From assembly GCF_006345805.1 (NCBI RefSeq), contig NC_043000.1:125364001-125428000 (forward strand): DNA of 64,000 nt, written 5' to 3'. This document shows positions 1 to 13,627 of the stretch, piece by piece. The notes beneath the pieces are model-generated. The model worked only from the letters and a program-made list of their open reading frames with translations. It was not told the origin of the DNA and searched no databases. This stretch comes from Octopus sinensis (Eukaryota). Each line of letters opens with the position of its first letter. The stretch's first letter is position 1. The position numbers and the translations under genes are program-made.

Positions 1-200
1 GGCTGGTCTTGTACTGAACCCTGTCCTACTGGTCTTTCCACCTCTCATTATTCTTGGTATGTCCAACTCCTTTACCCCACCCTAACCATTATTTCCCGCC
101 CTTTCTTCCGAAAACATAGGGCCTTCTGGAATCTTCTCTTCAGTCATGTCTTTCCTACAAGCATTGACCTACATTTTAAACAGTTTACTAGCATCACTCA
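1..200 (+). mobile_element. 3' end relic of a CR1/L2-group LINE
   Basis: Translates PFFRKHRAFWNLLFSHVFPTSIDLHFK, resembling the 'SFxPRTxxLWNSLP..VFP' ORF2 C-terminus. Confidence 0.55.
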
Positions 201-429
201 TTGGTCCCGGGGAGCCTACAAAAGCCAGTGGGAATGTTCTCCCTCCCTCTAGACTTTACGAATGTCTGTGTGTGCGTGCGTGCGTGTGTGTGATGGTAGT
301 ATTTCAAGTCTGAGAAAGGTAGCTCTACGATTTCTTGCTGAATCATCTGCAAAAATTTGTTCAGAGTGATCAAATGTTTGTGCTATATATTAGCTCACTT
401 CCTCCATCAAGTTGACATTACCTATACAG

Positions 430-575
430 GTGCATGGTGCACCACACACCTGGTGAAATGATTGCAGTGCAAGAAGAGATGAAGTATTTTGCTCAAAAAT
501 ACAATGCTCCACCTAATCCAGGAATTGAAAGCACGACCTTGCGATTTGAGTACAATATCCTAACCACTAGGCTGT
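430..575 (-). mobile_element. Degenerate tRNA-derived SINE head (family C/D-like)
   Basis: Contains gtattttgctcaaaaatacaa...ggaattgaaagcacgacc...taaccactagg, the same tRNA-like head seen at 14470-14580 and 31060-31160. Confidence 0.55.
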
Positions 576-783
576 TCCCTCGCACTTGCATGTGCACATG
601 CCCACTCACACACACCTGGGATTGAACCTAAAACCATATGGGCAATACATGTATCCATGATATTGCAATTTAATCACTTGATAAACCTATGTAATATCTA
701 TATTACTGTGAGTCATTGGTATATTTTAAACAGTTTCTGTAAAACAAAGCATCACATTAACCACTGTTAATTCTCTTAGATTA

Positions 784-816
<33 letters not shown>

Positions 817-823
817 GTGTATG

Positions 824-860
<37 letters not shown>
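784..860. repeat. Compound (GT)/(GTAT)/(AT)/(AC) microsatellite
   Basis: Read directly. Confidence 0.95.
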
Positions 861-861
<1 letters not shown>

Positions 862-2879
862 CATATCTTAGCATGAAAAAGCATAATGATTTAGATATGG
901 TTTTCTGCTGAGCATATGATGTGAGTGGTTAAAGATTTTGTTCAATTGCAAGTTTCTTATCCTTTGATCTTGCCACTTTCCCATTTAATGGACAATCAGT
1001 TTTTGGCATGAACTTCATTTGTCAATATTCTTGTTTGAAATTCCTGTTTTTGCTTGAAAAGCTAACATAAATTCTTTGGTTAATTTAATTTTAGCAGTCA
1101 GCTTGTTGGCTCCCAAAATATAAGGACCGATGTAATTATAGCAGAAGATTTCTATATAGGAAGGAAAGAGCTCTACTATGAAGAACCATTGGTAATGGGG
1201 AGTTGCTGATTGTCTTAACTATCACAGAAATTTCAAATTATATTTCATATCCACTTGAGAGATGTTATCTGCAGAAACAATTTCTTTATCAGTAACTTTT
1301 CCAAAGTAGATTTAGAATTATGCTTAGAAATATAGTGCTTGGTTGAAGTATTCCTTGGAGGTTGTTGATAATATTGCAACTGAATTTTGGAATTATATTT
1401 TCTTCCTGTTTCCTTTTTACCATCATAAATTTTCCTAGCAGAAAAAAATAATAAAGCGACTTGTTAACCATGTGATTAGGATTTGCAACTTGTTGAGTTC
1501 CAAATCGTTTCATGTAGATGTGATGAGGCTGATAGGGAATTCCTGAAATATGCAATTTTGGGTGTTATAGAAATAAAAATTTCTGTAAAGATATTTTTGT
1601 TGTTTAACCCAAGGTCAGCCCTGACTGAGCATTTATTCAATCAAAGGCATTCCTGTCATTTTTCAATGCATTTAGAACTACATTATCCAATGTATGTATT
1701 CACTTTTTTTTCTATATAAGAAGTTAGGGTGTTATTTGAAGGCAATTTCATTGCTATTTCTAGTTGTCTGGTTACAGATTATGGACTCTCAAACATAAGT
1801 AAAAAAATTTACATTGTAAGGTGTAAATATATTGGTGATTATGCATAAATTGTGTAATGTATATAGATAACATGACAATTGTGGTGCTTGCTACATATAT
1901 TAATTATAAAATACATAGGTTGAAATTGGACTGCGGCTTTGATGGTGGTAGATAGCCATTGTTTGACAATGAGTATTCAGTTATTTAGTCAACTGAGTTA
2001 CCTGCTCCTGAATTAAAATATAAGAGACTTCACAGACATGGGTACTCTTAACATGTAATCCTTGGGCAGAATCATCATGATACTGTGTACAACAAGGCCA
2101 TACAGATAAATCTATCTGATTGGGTTCTACATAGTTTCTTTCTAATTCTACTTACAAAGTACCTGTTGACCCAAGGCTGTATTAAATGGCATTTGTCCAA
2201 TATGCCATGCGGTGGGATTGAATCCAGAATCTTTTGGTTTGTAAAACAAACTTATTACCATATGTCCAAACTTCACTTGTATAACCAAAAAAAACAAGGG
2301 GGTGGTGGTGGTGGTGGTGGATAAAGTATTACTTTTTATTTACTAAATGTTTTGGGGGCATTGTAGACCTTGTGTATTAGTATATATCCTAGTCTTGTTT
2401 TGTACCAGAGTGAAGGGGGTAAATTGTAAAATATATCAAGCTGGAGAGGTGATTAACAGGAAGAATTGAGAATTGCTGATGTAAAGACTCTCTCATTGCC
2501 TTGTATTTTCAATTTGGTTATCCGACAGTGCAAATATAGGAAACGGTTTAATATTCCAATATAACATTGCTACCATAGTCAAGCTCCCATGAATTGAACC
2601 TACAACTCAGGGTGTATATATTTTATTAGGAAAACTCATGAATGTCAGAAATCTACTGGGTTCCCCCCACCTCTCTATCTGATGTCTATAAAGCTGATCA
2701 CCTGTTGACAGCTATTACCAATCGATCACTTGTGGAATATCCAATAATTGACTACTTATTACATTGGTGAGGAGGATGAATAATTAATTGCATAAGCAGC
2801 AGGTTATTAACTTGAAATTTTCTCTTTCTGCTAATAGCATAACTGAGGGGAAAGCATCCCAAGGGAGTGTTTTGGATGC

Positions 2880-2914
<35 letters not shown>

Positions 2915-3335
2915 GGGCCTCGTGTATGTAATATAGTGAGGTGAAAAAAAACTTAGATTAACCAATATTAGCTGTTGTTGATTTATTAACTATTGCTGAT
3001 GTAACTAATCAGTGCCACTACATTCTTTTGGTGTGCAGTTGGGATACCCATATATGAATGGTTCTCTAAATGAACAAATTGAATAATGGTTTTTCTGAAG
3101 AAAATGAAACTCCCATAAAAAGCTGAAAATTGATCAATGAACCATGAATGGATTATGCATGCATATCAGTGATTGGCAGTGTACAAACGGTTCATTAATG
3201 TCTATGCACAAACTTCATGTAGCCTGCAAATTTTCATATTTTATATAGAAAATAATACTAATATTTCTCCAAGTTTTTTATTTATCTTACTAAAAGCATA
3301 ACCATGGATCAATAGAAGCTAGGGGAAGGCACTTG

Positions 3336-3338
<3 letters not shown>

Positions 3339-3377
<39 letters not shown>

Positions 3378-3382
3378 CGCAC

Positions 3383-3414
<32 letters not shown>
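3339..3414. repeat. (CA)n microsatellite
   Basis: Read directly. Confidence 0.95.
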
Positions 3415-3415
<1 letters not shown>

Positions 3416-3600
3416 TTTAACATCCACTTTCCATGCTGGCATAGATTGGATGGTTTGACAAGATCCAGCAAGTCACAAGGTAGTGTCAGACTCCAAAGTC
3501 AGCTTTGATATGGTTTCTACAGCCAGATGTCATTCCTAACACCAACCACTTCACAAAGCATAGTGAATGCTTTTTAAATGACACCAGCAGTGGTAAACTT
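3415..3600 (-). mobile_element. RTE-LINE 3' UTR fragment (family E)
   Basis: catttaacatccactttccatgctggcatag...cctaacaccaaccac, shared with many copies in the window. Confidence 0.75.
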
Positions 3601-6449
3601 GAAAGATAGATGAACAGGGAGTGGAGAAAAGGTAAACTCTCCCAATGGACAAACATGTCATTTCATACCTTTTTGTGGAGATTGGGTGTGTTTTAGAATG
3701 GATTACTCCTATTTACATAAATTTGTACTGAACAGTTTGGTTAATGAACAGAACTCTGTAACTAATTGTTTGTGGATAAACTCCACTGTATACTGGCTAC
3801 TAATTAAGTTTTATCAAATGCGTTGAACGTTTCACCAAGGGTATCTAGAAACCTGCCATCATTTGGTTCTTAAATGCAAGATCTCTTATCTGCATTGTCT
3901 CTGTTTCCAGAAATTTCAATTAGTTGATGTTAGTGGAGTTATCTTCCTTGTATTCTGATTTTATAACATTCATAGTAATTTTTGCATACTGACTGCTTGA
4001 ATAATCTCATTTAATTGAAGTTTATCACCGTATTATATTCTATAAGTGAAACTTCACCATATGTATAGTCCTAATATTATTAGTTTTTGTCCCTCTTATT
4101 CCCTATGGAGCATGGGCGGCTCTGTTAATATTACTTATCAATATTTTCATTGTCCAATCTTCAGATATTTTATTTCCAAATATTTACTTTCAAACTCAAT
4201 TTCAATATTGCTAATGAAGAGTTTGTGAAAACCGCCAATCTTTCCTACCCATTCATAGTAAAACTGGTTTTTAGAAATGTAATATGAATCCTGTTATCTG
4301 AAAAACAAAATTAATATTGTATATTTGTGTCTGTGTGTGCATTGTTTTATTTATTTGTTAGAGGTAGAGAAAGGGATTATCTTGATTTGTGTGTAGGTCA
4401 GAGGGGATTAAAATTCAGTTTCATTGCCAACTACATATCATTTACCTGTGAGAAAAGCAGCAGCTGGTTTTCCTGCTGAAGGTGATTCAGAAATTCTCCA
4501 TTATGGGGTTGTGTGGTTTTTGGCATCATTTCGAGTGTGTTAAGTAGCAATGTTTGATAATTCCACTTAAAATTTTATCTACATCTGATAGTAATCCTAA
4601 TTAGTGACCTTTACATTTTTAAGGCAACTTGTTAGATGGTGGCCTTTTCAAGGCCATAATTTCAATTACACGCGCGCACACGCACACACTATTCAAAAAT
4701 GGAAAGAATTGTGTGTGTGTAATAAAAAAAAATAAAATCTGGTATTTTTCTTGTATAACAAAGCTTTAAAGAAAGTGAACGTATAAAAGAAGCATTGCTT
4801 TTTAACTTCTTTGTCCTGTGTGTGTGTGTGTGTGTTTCAAAAATGTCATTCAAAATTAACAATTGTGTTTTCTAACTTCAGAAAAAATTTTGCTTCATTG
4901 ATTTTACTTTGATCATTTTTTCCCTTCCTTCCTTTTACAAGTTGTGTCAGTTCATTTAGTGGAAAGTTAATTTTTGTTGTTTCAACAATGCTTTGTTGTT
5001 TCTGCGCCTGTCTTTTTTTTTGTTTGTTTTTTTGCTTACATAATCATGTCTTTTCAGTGTCACTGAAATTTGAATAGAACCACAATCTATGTTGTATGCA
5101 ATAATTTAAAATAAATTATTTGTTCTTTGGATTATGCATGTCCTTTTTAGTTTTGTTTCAGGCATGACACTTAAAGCCAAGCTAAAGAAATGTCTTCAGA
5201 TTAAAATGTTGTAGGTTTATATTTGTGTTGTTCTCTTTGTTGGTCTGGAAACCCAAGTTTTTATTTGTTTATATTTTTGTTTACTTGGTATCTCTAGTTG
5301 GTGGATCAGTGAATTGTTGTAGGTAACTCAGCTTTGACTAACTTCCTGCAGATGACTGATCTGGGATGCTAGAGAGGAAATGCTTTAAAAAATCTTAGGG
5401 TAAACTTTGGCCAAGTTTCATAAGCCTTTTGAAAAGCAGTTGTGTAACTATATGCTTTTGGAGGTCAAGCTGTTATGTAGATTCTTACTGCATGGCTTTC
5501 AGAAAAGGATCTTTGAGAATTGAGTGTACCACCCACTCAGTCTCTTCATCATCAGCATCATCATAATTATCATTGCTGTCACCAGCACTACCACCGTTGC
5601 CACCTCCACCATCACTATTCACTTTTCCATGCATGCATGTTAGGATTTTCAACCGTGTTTCATGGTCTGCTACCACAACAGCTCCTTTATAGGAACCAAG
5701 ACATCATCAGGAGGAACCACGTCCGGTTTCGGCCCCTACTCCTCTACAGTTTTGACGTGGCAGGGTTCCCCCTTTTGGAGGTTCTTCAGCTCTGGTGTTG
5801 GGTGCATGTCTTTTTTCATTGAGACAGATTTTCTGTGCCTGGGTGCTCTTCCTGCTGCCAATGCATAAATATACATCTGTGTGCACACACATGCAACAGA
5901 TTTCTTTTAGTTTCCATCCACCATATTCATTTACAAAGCTTTGATCAGCATGTGAAGTTTTGATTTTGAATGGTTCAAATAGTTTCCTCGGTTTGCTAGT
6001 AAGTCTATTTATAATTGCAATCCTGAAAGTATTTTAAATTTTCCTTTCATATCACTACAATTATGAAATATACTGTGTTTGTTATGTTGTTAAATGTTAA
6101 TAGTGAATCTGATAATAGAATCTTTTGAGACACACAGAACTAAACGTAGTGTAATTTGGAGCAAGTTAGCTTGTTTGAATTGATATCTCTTGAAGCTAAA
6201 CTTGAAACACTTATTCATTATGCTGTGAATTCTCCCTGCCACTACACCTTTTTATAGCTTGTTGATTGGACTATTGTTACTATAGTACCTTCACTATAGA
6301 CACAGTGCAGAACTGATTATGCTTGAGGGGAAAATCCTTTGTCTGACTGTCATTCTCTTTACTAATCTATAGGTTTTAAAAATATTAGGAATACTTCAGT
6401 CTGTAGAAATGACCACATTTTAATTTTTCTTTTTTATAAATATATGAGC

Positions 6450-6745
6450 ATGGTCGATACCAGTGCTGTCTGACTGGCTCCCATGCCGGTGGCACGTAAA
6501 AAGCCCCATTTGAGTGTGGTTGACGCCAGTGCAGTCTGATTGGCCCTGTGCCAGTGGCACATAAAAAAAAAAAATGCCCACTTTGCACATAAAAACATCA
6601 TCTTGGATTGGTTGGTGTTAGGAAGGGCATCCAGCTGTAGAGACCTTGCCAGATCATATTGGAGCCTGGTGCAGCCTCTTGGCCTGCCAGTCCTTAGTCA
6701 AACCATCTAACATATGCCAGCATGGAAAATGGATGTTAAACGATT
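6450..6745 (+). mobile_element. RTE-LINE 3' UTR fragment (family E)
   Basis: GGTGGCACGTAAAAAG modules. Ends catggaaaatggatgttaaacgat, followed by (TA)n. Confidence 0.8.
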
Positions 6746-7205
6746 ATATATATATATATATATTATAGTACAGTACCTAGCACTGCAAATTTTCTTTGGG
6801 TTGATTATTTTAACCTTTCACCTAACCAGTCTCAAAATATTTAATAAAATTCTGTAAAGATATCTATATTGCTTCAGCTGACAGTATTTCCTTGCCGCCT
6901 TAGAAATTATCGCTTTGTTTGTAGACAAGAGAAATAATTTGTTTCGGTCAATTAAACCTGATTGAAAGAAGGCAGTAGTTCCACATCATGGTTAAGATAT
7001 TAGTAATAAGAATGTATTGATGAGTTTCGCATACCATTACCTTATATATGAAATTACTGATTCAACATAAGGAAAACAAATTGTGGTGAAAGATTTTTCA
7101 GTCTAATGCTTAAGTACCATAAATTGACAACATTTTCATTGAACCACTGTTGGCAAATAGTTAGATCATAAATAGAATAGTGTCAGATTCAGTCCTTATC
7201 CTAGT

Positions 7206-7810
7206 TTAACTCTTAGCATTCAGATTACTTTGTCAAGCAAGTGTAATGCTTATTTATTCACATTATCGTTGCCAGTGCAAGAAGCTGGCCTTTGTGCCGA
7301 TGGCATGTTAAAAACACCATTCGAGTGTGATCATTACCCGTGTCGCCTTACCAGCACTTGTGCTGAGGGCACGTGATAAAACATTTGAGCGAGGTCATTG
7401 CCAGTGCTGCTGGACTGGCTCCTGTGTAGGTGGCACATAAAAAGCACCATTTGAGCATAGCCGTTGCCAGTACCACTTAACTGGCCCTCGTGCCAGTGGC
7501 ATGGAAAAGCACCCACTACACTCTTGGAGTGGTTGGCATTAGGAAACTCTGCCAGATCAGACTGGAGTCTGGTTCGCCAGACCTCAGTCAAATCGTCCAA
7601 CCCATGCTAGCATGGAAAGCAGACGTTAAACGATGATAATGATGTTTCCAATTAATTGTTCATTATCTCATAGCCTCAAGAGTTCTATAATGTGATTGAT
7701 TATTTTTAGACTGACATTGTTGGGTAGGTGTGAGAGGCCAGATTTGGTTTGTTTGAAAATAAAACGGAATATTTTGGTCAGATATGACTGGTTTAAATGC
7801 TAAAGGGTTA
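7206..7810. mobile_element. piggyBac-type MITE interrupted by an RTE 3' fragment
   Basis: Left end ttaa-ctcttagcattcagattac and right end aatgctaaaggg-tta form terminal inverted repeats with TTAA-like flanks. The same element starts at 63874. Confidence 0.7.
7268..7645 (+). mobile_element. RTE-LINE 3' UTR fragment (family E) nested in the MITE
   Basis: Several GGCA(C/T)GT(A)AAAA modules. Ends gcatggaaagcagacgttaaacgatgataatgatg. Confidence 0.8.
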
Positions 7811-8389
7811 GGAATATCACTTGCAGCCTGTTGGAGATTTACATCAGTCAAGACATTAGTAACACATCCCTGGTGATGAATTAGCATGAAATTTTGACAT
7901 CACACAAGGCTAGTAGTATGTCTTCGTGGTTTCTCAGCATCATAAATTTTACATGATCAGCCTTGCATTTTCTTCTAAGCTCAACGAGTCTCACTATAGT
8001 CATCTTAAAACCAGCTAAGATCAAGACTTCGTTTTAACCACACTCCTCTCTCTAAAATTAAATAATAAAATGATTCATGCTAGTAGTCAATTACTTACAT
8101 GGTCAGTCTTTTATTCTTTCTGACATTTAATCTCTTGGCTGTATACATTTCATCTCAGTGTAGCCTACATTGTGCTGAAGCTATTGAATAAACTTGTAAG
8201 GTTTGGTTTTCAGCTTTGTTTGCTGTAATACACTAGTGAGATCTCAATTGTTGCTGGTACTATTTTCCAGAGATCCTGTCTAACTGTATGAATGATTTAA
8301 GTTGATATTTACATAGCTTTCAAATATATAAACTATTTGGAGAAATGATGTATGATTTAGGAGAAGCAAGCTTGTGGGTTATGTATACG

Positions 8390-8765
8390 TAAGCACACAA
8401 ATGACTGTGGTTTAGAAGTTTGCTTCTCAGCTGTGTGGGTTCAATTTTAATCCTACTGTGTGGTACTTTGGGCTAGTATTTTTTTTATTATATCCTCAGG
8501 CTGACCAAAGTGAGTGGATTTGGTAAATGGAAACTGAAAGAAGCCTTGTGTGTGTGTGTATGTTGTGATAGGTTGTAAATGAGTGTTACCATCATACAAG
8601 CAGGCCCTTCATTTCCAACCTACTGTAAAAATGTCCAGCCACAAAGAAATATTACCTTGCTTGAAAACAGATGAGGGTTGGTGACAGGAAAGGCATTGGG
8701 TTGTCGAAAATCTGCCTCAAATTCCATCTGACTTATGCAAGCTTAGAAAAGTGGATGTTAAAACT
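8390..8765 (+). mobile_element. tRNA-derived SINE, family A head with variant tail
   Basis: gtggtttagaagtttgcttctcag...ggatttggtaaatggaaactgaaagaagcc-(GT)n-catcatacaagc...gacaggaaaggcat. Similar copies at 12355-12715 and 19370-19790. Confidence 0.75.
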
Positions 8766-9029
8766 GATATTCACTCACGTCATGTCACGTCTGTTTTTAC
8801 ATGCTGTCAAAGGTTGTACAAGCAGTTTTGAGGCTGCTTGTCTTTTCTGATGCTTGTCCTTTTAGTTGCATTTATGATACTTAGATAATTGTTATGGAGA
8901 ATGTACATAGATGTTTTCTTGATAGCAGAACAATTTCTGTTGTAGAGCTGCATATACCAGCAAATAAATGACTTGGTAAAAAGTAATTAGATAAATGTTT
9001 ATTTAAACTGGTAGAAATAATTCTGTTGA

Positions 9030-9300
9030 GGCTAGAACCAAGGGTAGTGTCCCTCTCTAATTGGAAACTATCTGTAATTCAAAGGGCTAGCCTTATTATA
9101 TATTGTTACATTTGTCCTGGGAATTACATTAAAGGCATACATATCTGAGGAATACTCACTCACACATTAATTTAATGAGCCAATTAGTTTCAGTCAGTCG
9201 AACAATTGAATGAATATCCAGTGTCAAAACTGATGGAGGAACCATCATAATCATGTTTACCATGATTTAGTGTTGATGATTACAGCTGAAAAAATAAAAA
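9030..9300 (+). mobile_element. Degenerate SINE family C body
   Basis: tgtaattcaaagggctagcctt...ttaatttaatgagc is the reverse complement of the copy at 14295-14580. Confidence 0.55.
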
Positions 9301-9435
9301 AATAAAAATCTTCAGAAATTTTAAGCTTATTTTTGAGAGCTTGAGTGTATATAACCTGAGAATTTTCATGGTTGAATGGGCATTACAGTAACTTTAAAAC
9401 ATTCTTTTATTTCAATATGCATTATTCAGTTTTAG

Positions 9436-9439
<4 letters not shown>

Positions 9440-9507
<68 letters not shown>
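9440..9507. repeat. (CA)n microsatellite
   Basis: Read directly. Confidence 0.97.
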
Positions 9508-9511
<4 letters not shown>

Positions 9512-9890
9512 GTAATTAGTCAGGGTAGGTAGTTGATTATGTAGTAAAACACACACAAAAAAAACAAAAGAAAAGACATGCGGCTGAGTTGGAGGCAGAT
9601 TTACTTCTGTTTTTGTAGTACCTAAAGAAAATGTAGGGATGTATGCAGTACGTGTATTACAGCAATAACAGGTCTAGCTTTAATACTGAGATTGAAAGGC
9701 AGGGGCGAATTATGCCTATGTAATCTACAAAAAGAATATTTTGTATTTTATGCATAGTAATCAGAGTAACCTTCATAATTTTATTGAATTTGGTGCATAT
9801 TTTGCCATAAAAGGAAAATGTTACTATTGATCTATTTTATTCAGGGTAGGCACTGCATACTTTGCCTACCCAGGTGACACGTCCCTGAGA
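9505..9890 (+). mobile_element. Non-autonomous DNA transposon/MITE-like element (~380 bp)
   Basis: Homologous along its length, in reverse orientation, to 59805-60180. Subterminal GGGTAGG/CCTACCC motifs and a terminal hairpin gggtaggca...tgcctaccc. Confidence 0.7.
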
Positions 9891-9920
9891 TTATATCGTG
9901 TGTGTGTATATATATATATT

Positions 9921-10240
9921 AGAGGTGCAGGCATCATTATGTGATAAGTTTGCTTCCCAACCATATGGTTCCAGGTTCAGTTCCACTGCATGACGTCTTG
10001 GGCTGAGTGGATTTGGTTGACACAAACTGAAAGAAACTAGTGTGTGTGTGTGTGTGTGTGTGTGTCTATCGATGTTGGTGTGTTTACATCCTTGCAACTT
10101 AACAGTTCCACAAAAGAGATTGATAGAGTAAGTACCAAGCTTAGATAAAAAGTACTAGGATCGATTTGTTCCATTCAAATTCTCCAAGGCAGTGCCCCAA
10201 CATGGCTACAATCTGATGACTGAAACGAATAAGATAAAAG
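9921..10240 (+). mobile_element. tRNA-derived SINE family A
   Basis: tttgcttcccaaccatatggttccaggttcagttcc head, (GT)n middle, gactgaaacgaataagataaaag tail. Confidence 0.8.
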
Positions 10241-10292
10241 GCATGTATTGGAAGAATCAGATTAACCCTCCAGCCCCTCTGAAAGAGGTTTT

Positions 10293-10497
10293 TTAATATT
10301 TTCTACTCTAGGCACAAGGCCTGAAATTTTGGGGGAAGGGGCCAGTCGATTAGATCAACCTCAGTACGCAACTGGTACTAAATTTATTCCCCCCTTCCCA
10401 AGGATGATGAAAGGCAAAGTTGACCTCAGCAGAATTTGAACTCAGACAGATGAAATGCTGCTAAGCATTTTACCTGGCATGCTAACATCTCTGCCAA
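10293..10497 (-). mobile_element. tRNA-derived SINE family B
   Basis: Reverse complement of the 28577-28978 family: gatgaaaggcaaagttgacctcagcagaatttgaactcag. Confidence 0.8.
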
Positions 10498-11004
10498 GGT
10501 TTTTTTAATATTACTGACATATCTGCCTTGTAGATTACAAGCTAATGATATAAAAGTTTAGTGTTGGAAAGATTACAAATGATTTATCTTTAGCCTACAA
10601 TGTTTTTACTGTCAAAGCAAAACACCCATTATTTGAGCTTTCTCTTTGAAAACAGTGTTATAGTTTCAAGAACTGTTTACTTTGGGAAGACTCTGTACTT
10701 GTCTCATACAGCCTTCTTGTGTTTTCATTTGGTCTACCAAATAATGGATTCTAAATTCTAAGGATTAGTGTTGACCCAGAAATTAGATAAGGATAGGTTG
10801 ATATGGTGTGTCTTCTGTTCTTCTGTTTGTGTAAGCATGGTGACATTTGCCCCGATACAAGTTTATTTTGAATTTTAATTGAAACTAGTCATTCACTTAA
10901 CCAATCTAAAGTAAACTTTTAGGACTAACTACTGTCTGCATGAAAGAGAACTGGGTTTTGCCTTCATAATGTTTAAAATTCAGTTTTGGTGATAATCTTT
11001 TCTA

Positions 11005-11445
11005 TCATCATCATTCAGCATCCCTTTTCCATGCTGGTATGGGTTGGGGGATTTGATAGGATCCAGTAAGCTGCAGGGTTGTGCCAGATTCTGTGTCAGC
11101 TTTGGCATGGTTTCTATGGCTGGATGCCCTTCATAATGTCAGCCATTTTGCAGTATGTATCATCATCATTTAACATCTTGTCCATGCTGGCATGGGTTGG
11201 ACGGTTTGACCAGAGCTGGCTGCACCAGACTCCAGCCTGATTTGGCATGGTCCCTATGGATGGATGTCCTTCCTGACATAGACCACTTTACAGAATGTGC
11301 TGGATGCTTTTATGCAGTGCTTTACATCACCAGAGGAACTGGTCTTAACACTTCTGCTGCGTAGTATGAGTCTTCTTGAATACAGCAAGGTGCCGGGCAT
11401 CTTGGTCCTTTGTCATCTCGCCTGGAAGGTTTAGTGTCATGAAGT
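11005..11445 (-). mobile_element. RTE LINE 3' end (ORF terminus plus two tandem 3' UTR pieces)
   Basis: Minus strand 11340-11445 translates MTLNLPGEMTKDQDARHLAVFKKTH, like the RTE ORF end 'xTLxLxxEMTxDRxxWxxAVLxKT'. It runs into family E UTR ending in (GAT)n, which identifies family E as an RTE 3' UTR. Confidence 0.75.
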
Positions 11446-12354
11446 ACATTTAAAAAATTTTTTTTTGTGCCATTGGCATTAAAGTTATAAAGTAACTTAC
11501 AAGAGAAGGAAAAAGGCCCCTTGACTGAATGGGGGTGTATTTGTGAGAGGGGAAGGTAGTTTTATGCCAGGTGTTAAGAAGCTAAAGTATGATAAGATAA
11601 GCACAGATGTCATGCTGTAGAGGTAATACATGGCTCTTAAACTGTATATAGTTGCGAGTTGGAATAGCTGGAAAGAAGGTAGATGTAGGTGATAAAATGC
11701 CAGAGGATCTCGAGATACTAGGTGAGTATAAGAGAGCATGGACAGTGGATCAGGAGTGGGAGAGAAGGTAGCATCATGTCTGTCATATTTGAGAGAGCTT
11801 GACTTCATACTGAACTTACATATTGTCCACCTATTAAATTTTTCTGTTATTAAATACACTAAACTATTGTTGTCATCCAAAAGAAGCAACAAGTGGCTCA
11901 GAATTATATCTGCAAATATTAACTTCTGAAAAAAGTTATTAATCAGTCACAACTTTTTGCCATTCAAAAAAAAAAAAAAAAATGTATTGTTTATCTGGGC
12001 AAAAGAATAACAAAATTTTAAAATGGCTTGTTATTATTAAATTACTTTTCTTTGAATGTTTTTTCATTTGATGCAAAACATTTATCTAAAATGTCTCTCT
12101 ATTAATGGTATTATTCTGAAAATTGATTTCATATTGGATTACGTATTTTATAGGTTTCTATGTAGCTGTAAGAAATATTATCATTACTACTATCCATAAT
12201 TCACTTTGGGAATGTTACTCCAACTTAATTCTATCCCATATCGCTATTAAACATTTTATGATTGCTTATAATGTACCTTGTTGTAGATGTTCTTTCAGTA
12301 TGGATGGTTTGTCTCCTGTTAGGAAAAATCAGCTAATCAAGAAAATAGGCACAA

Positions 12355-12715
12355 GCCTGGCTGTGTAGTTTAAAGTTGCTTTGCAATCACATTCTTGGTT
12401 TGGTCCTGTGTGGCACTTTGTATGTTTTCTAGTATGACCTTATGTTGATCCATACATCATGAATGAAGTTGTGTGTGTGTGTGTAAAAAGAAAAAAAAGT
12501 TTGTGGTTGTGTATACCCTTGTTTTGACATCATGTGATGATTGTAAACAAGCATCACCTTCATACAAGCAGTGTTGTTCATTTCTTGTCTTTTATTGTGA
12601 AATAGTACCTTAATGGGAAGCCGGTAAGGGTTGGTGACAGGAAGGGCATCTGGCCATAGAAAATCCGCCTCAGTAATTTGTCTGACCTATGCAAGCATAG
12701 AAAGGTAGACATTAA
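12355..12715 (+). mobile_element. tRNA-derived SINE family A, variant tail
   Basis: Same head and catacaagc...ggttggtgacaggaagggcatc tail as 8390-8765. Confidence 0.7.
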
Positions 12716-13627
12716 AGGAAATAATCTCTCTCACACACACAGACACACACACATGTGTGTCTGTCTATAAATTAGTCAGTGATGGTGTTAATCTCATAAT
12801 ATGGAACTTCAACAAAGAAACTGTTATAATAAGCACCAAACTGAAACACGTACTGGGGTTGTTAGAATTGACAGTTGCCCATTCTTATAAAACCAGTGAA
12901 ATAATAGTGACCTGTTAACATTTTCCAGAATTTTGGAAACTAATGTATCCTGCTGAGATCATAAAAATGCATCTGTAAATCTGCACAAAACTGTCAAAAT
13001 TATAACATTACAAACCTATTTATGTAAAATAGTCATACATCTGGGACTCTTGTCACTTTGGTTTTCAGTATAATTCTTTTTTAATGAAATTCAAATGCCT
13101 TATCATAAAAATTATAATAGCATTGTTTGACTTTTTAAATTTTTAGTTTTCTGTATCTGTTATGACACCCATGTACAGAATTGATAATTAATATTTAATC
13201 ATTCTTTTTGTTTGTATTTTGTATTATAATTCTAGTTGTTGTATTGTGGCATCACTGGTGAATTTATTTTCATGTAATAGGGAGAACAAATTCGAATCCT
13301 CATTCTTCTGCTATGAAAGAATATGAATTCTGTAAAACATCGAAGTATTTGCCAGATTTAAAGTGCTCTTACTGTGTACAAATGCAATAGTTAACTTCTT
13401 ACAGTACCTATCTACACATGGCAAAAATTACCTGGTTATAATCATTAGCTTATCAACAAAATGCTTCTTACATTTTTGAGTTCAAATTTTGCTGAGGTTG
13501 ACTTAACTTTCATCTCTATGGCATTAATAAAATAAGTACCAGTTGAGCCCTGGGGTTGCTGTAATTCTATTAATCCTCACTCCTAAAATTGCTAACCGTA
13601 TACCGAAATTATAATTATAATTATTAC

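Noticed and set aside
1289-1719. Opposite-strand ORFs of 88 and 78 aa
   Set aside because: No recognisable motif or splice signals, and the length is compatible with chance.
5161-5322. Exon-like segments (cag|GCATGACACTT... and 25-nt tag|TTGGTGG...AG|gtaact)
   Set aside because: The first hits a stop with a weak donor. The second would shift frame and has no kinesin similarity. They could be UTR or cryptic exons but are unsupported.
5485-5892. Overlapping ORFs with poly-His/Gly/Asp
   Set aside because: Low-complexity (CAT/CAC)n plus an unclassified GC-richer repeat relic. No splice context or recognisable domain.
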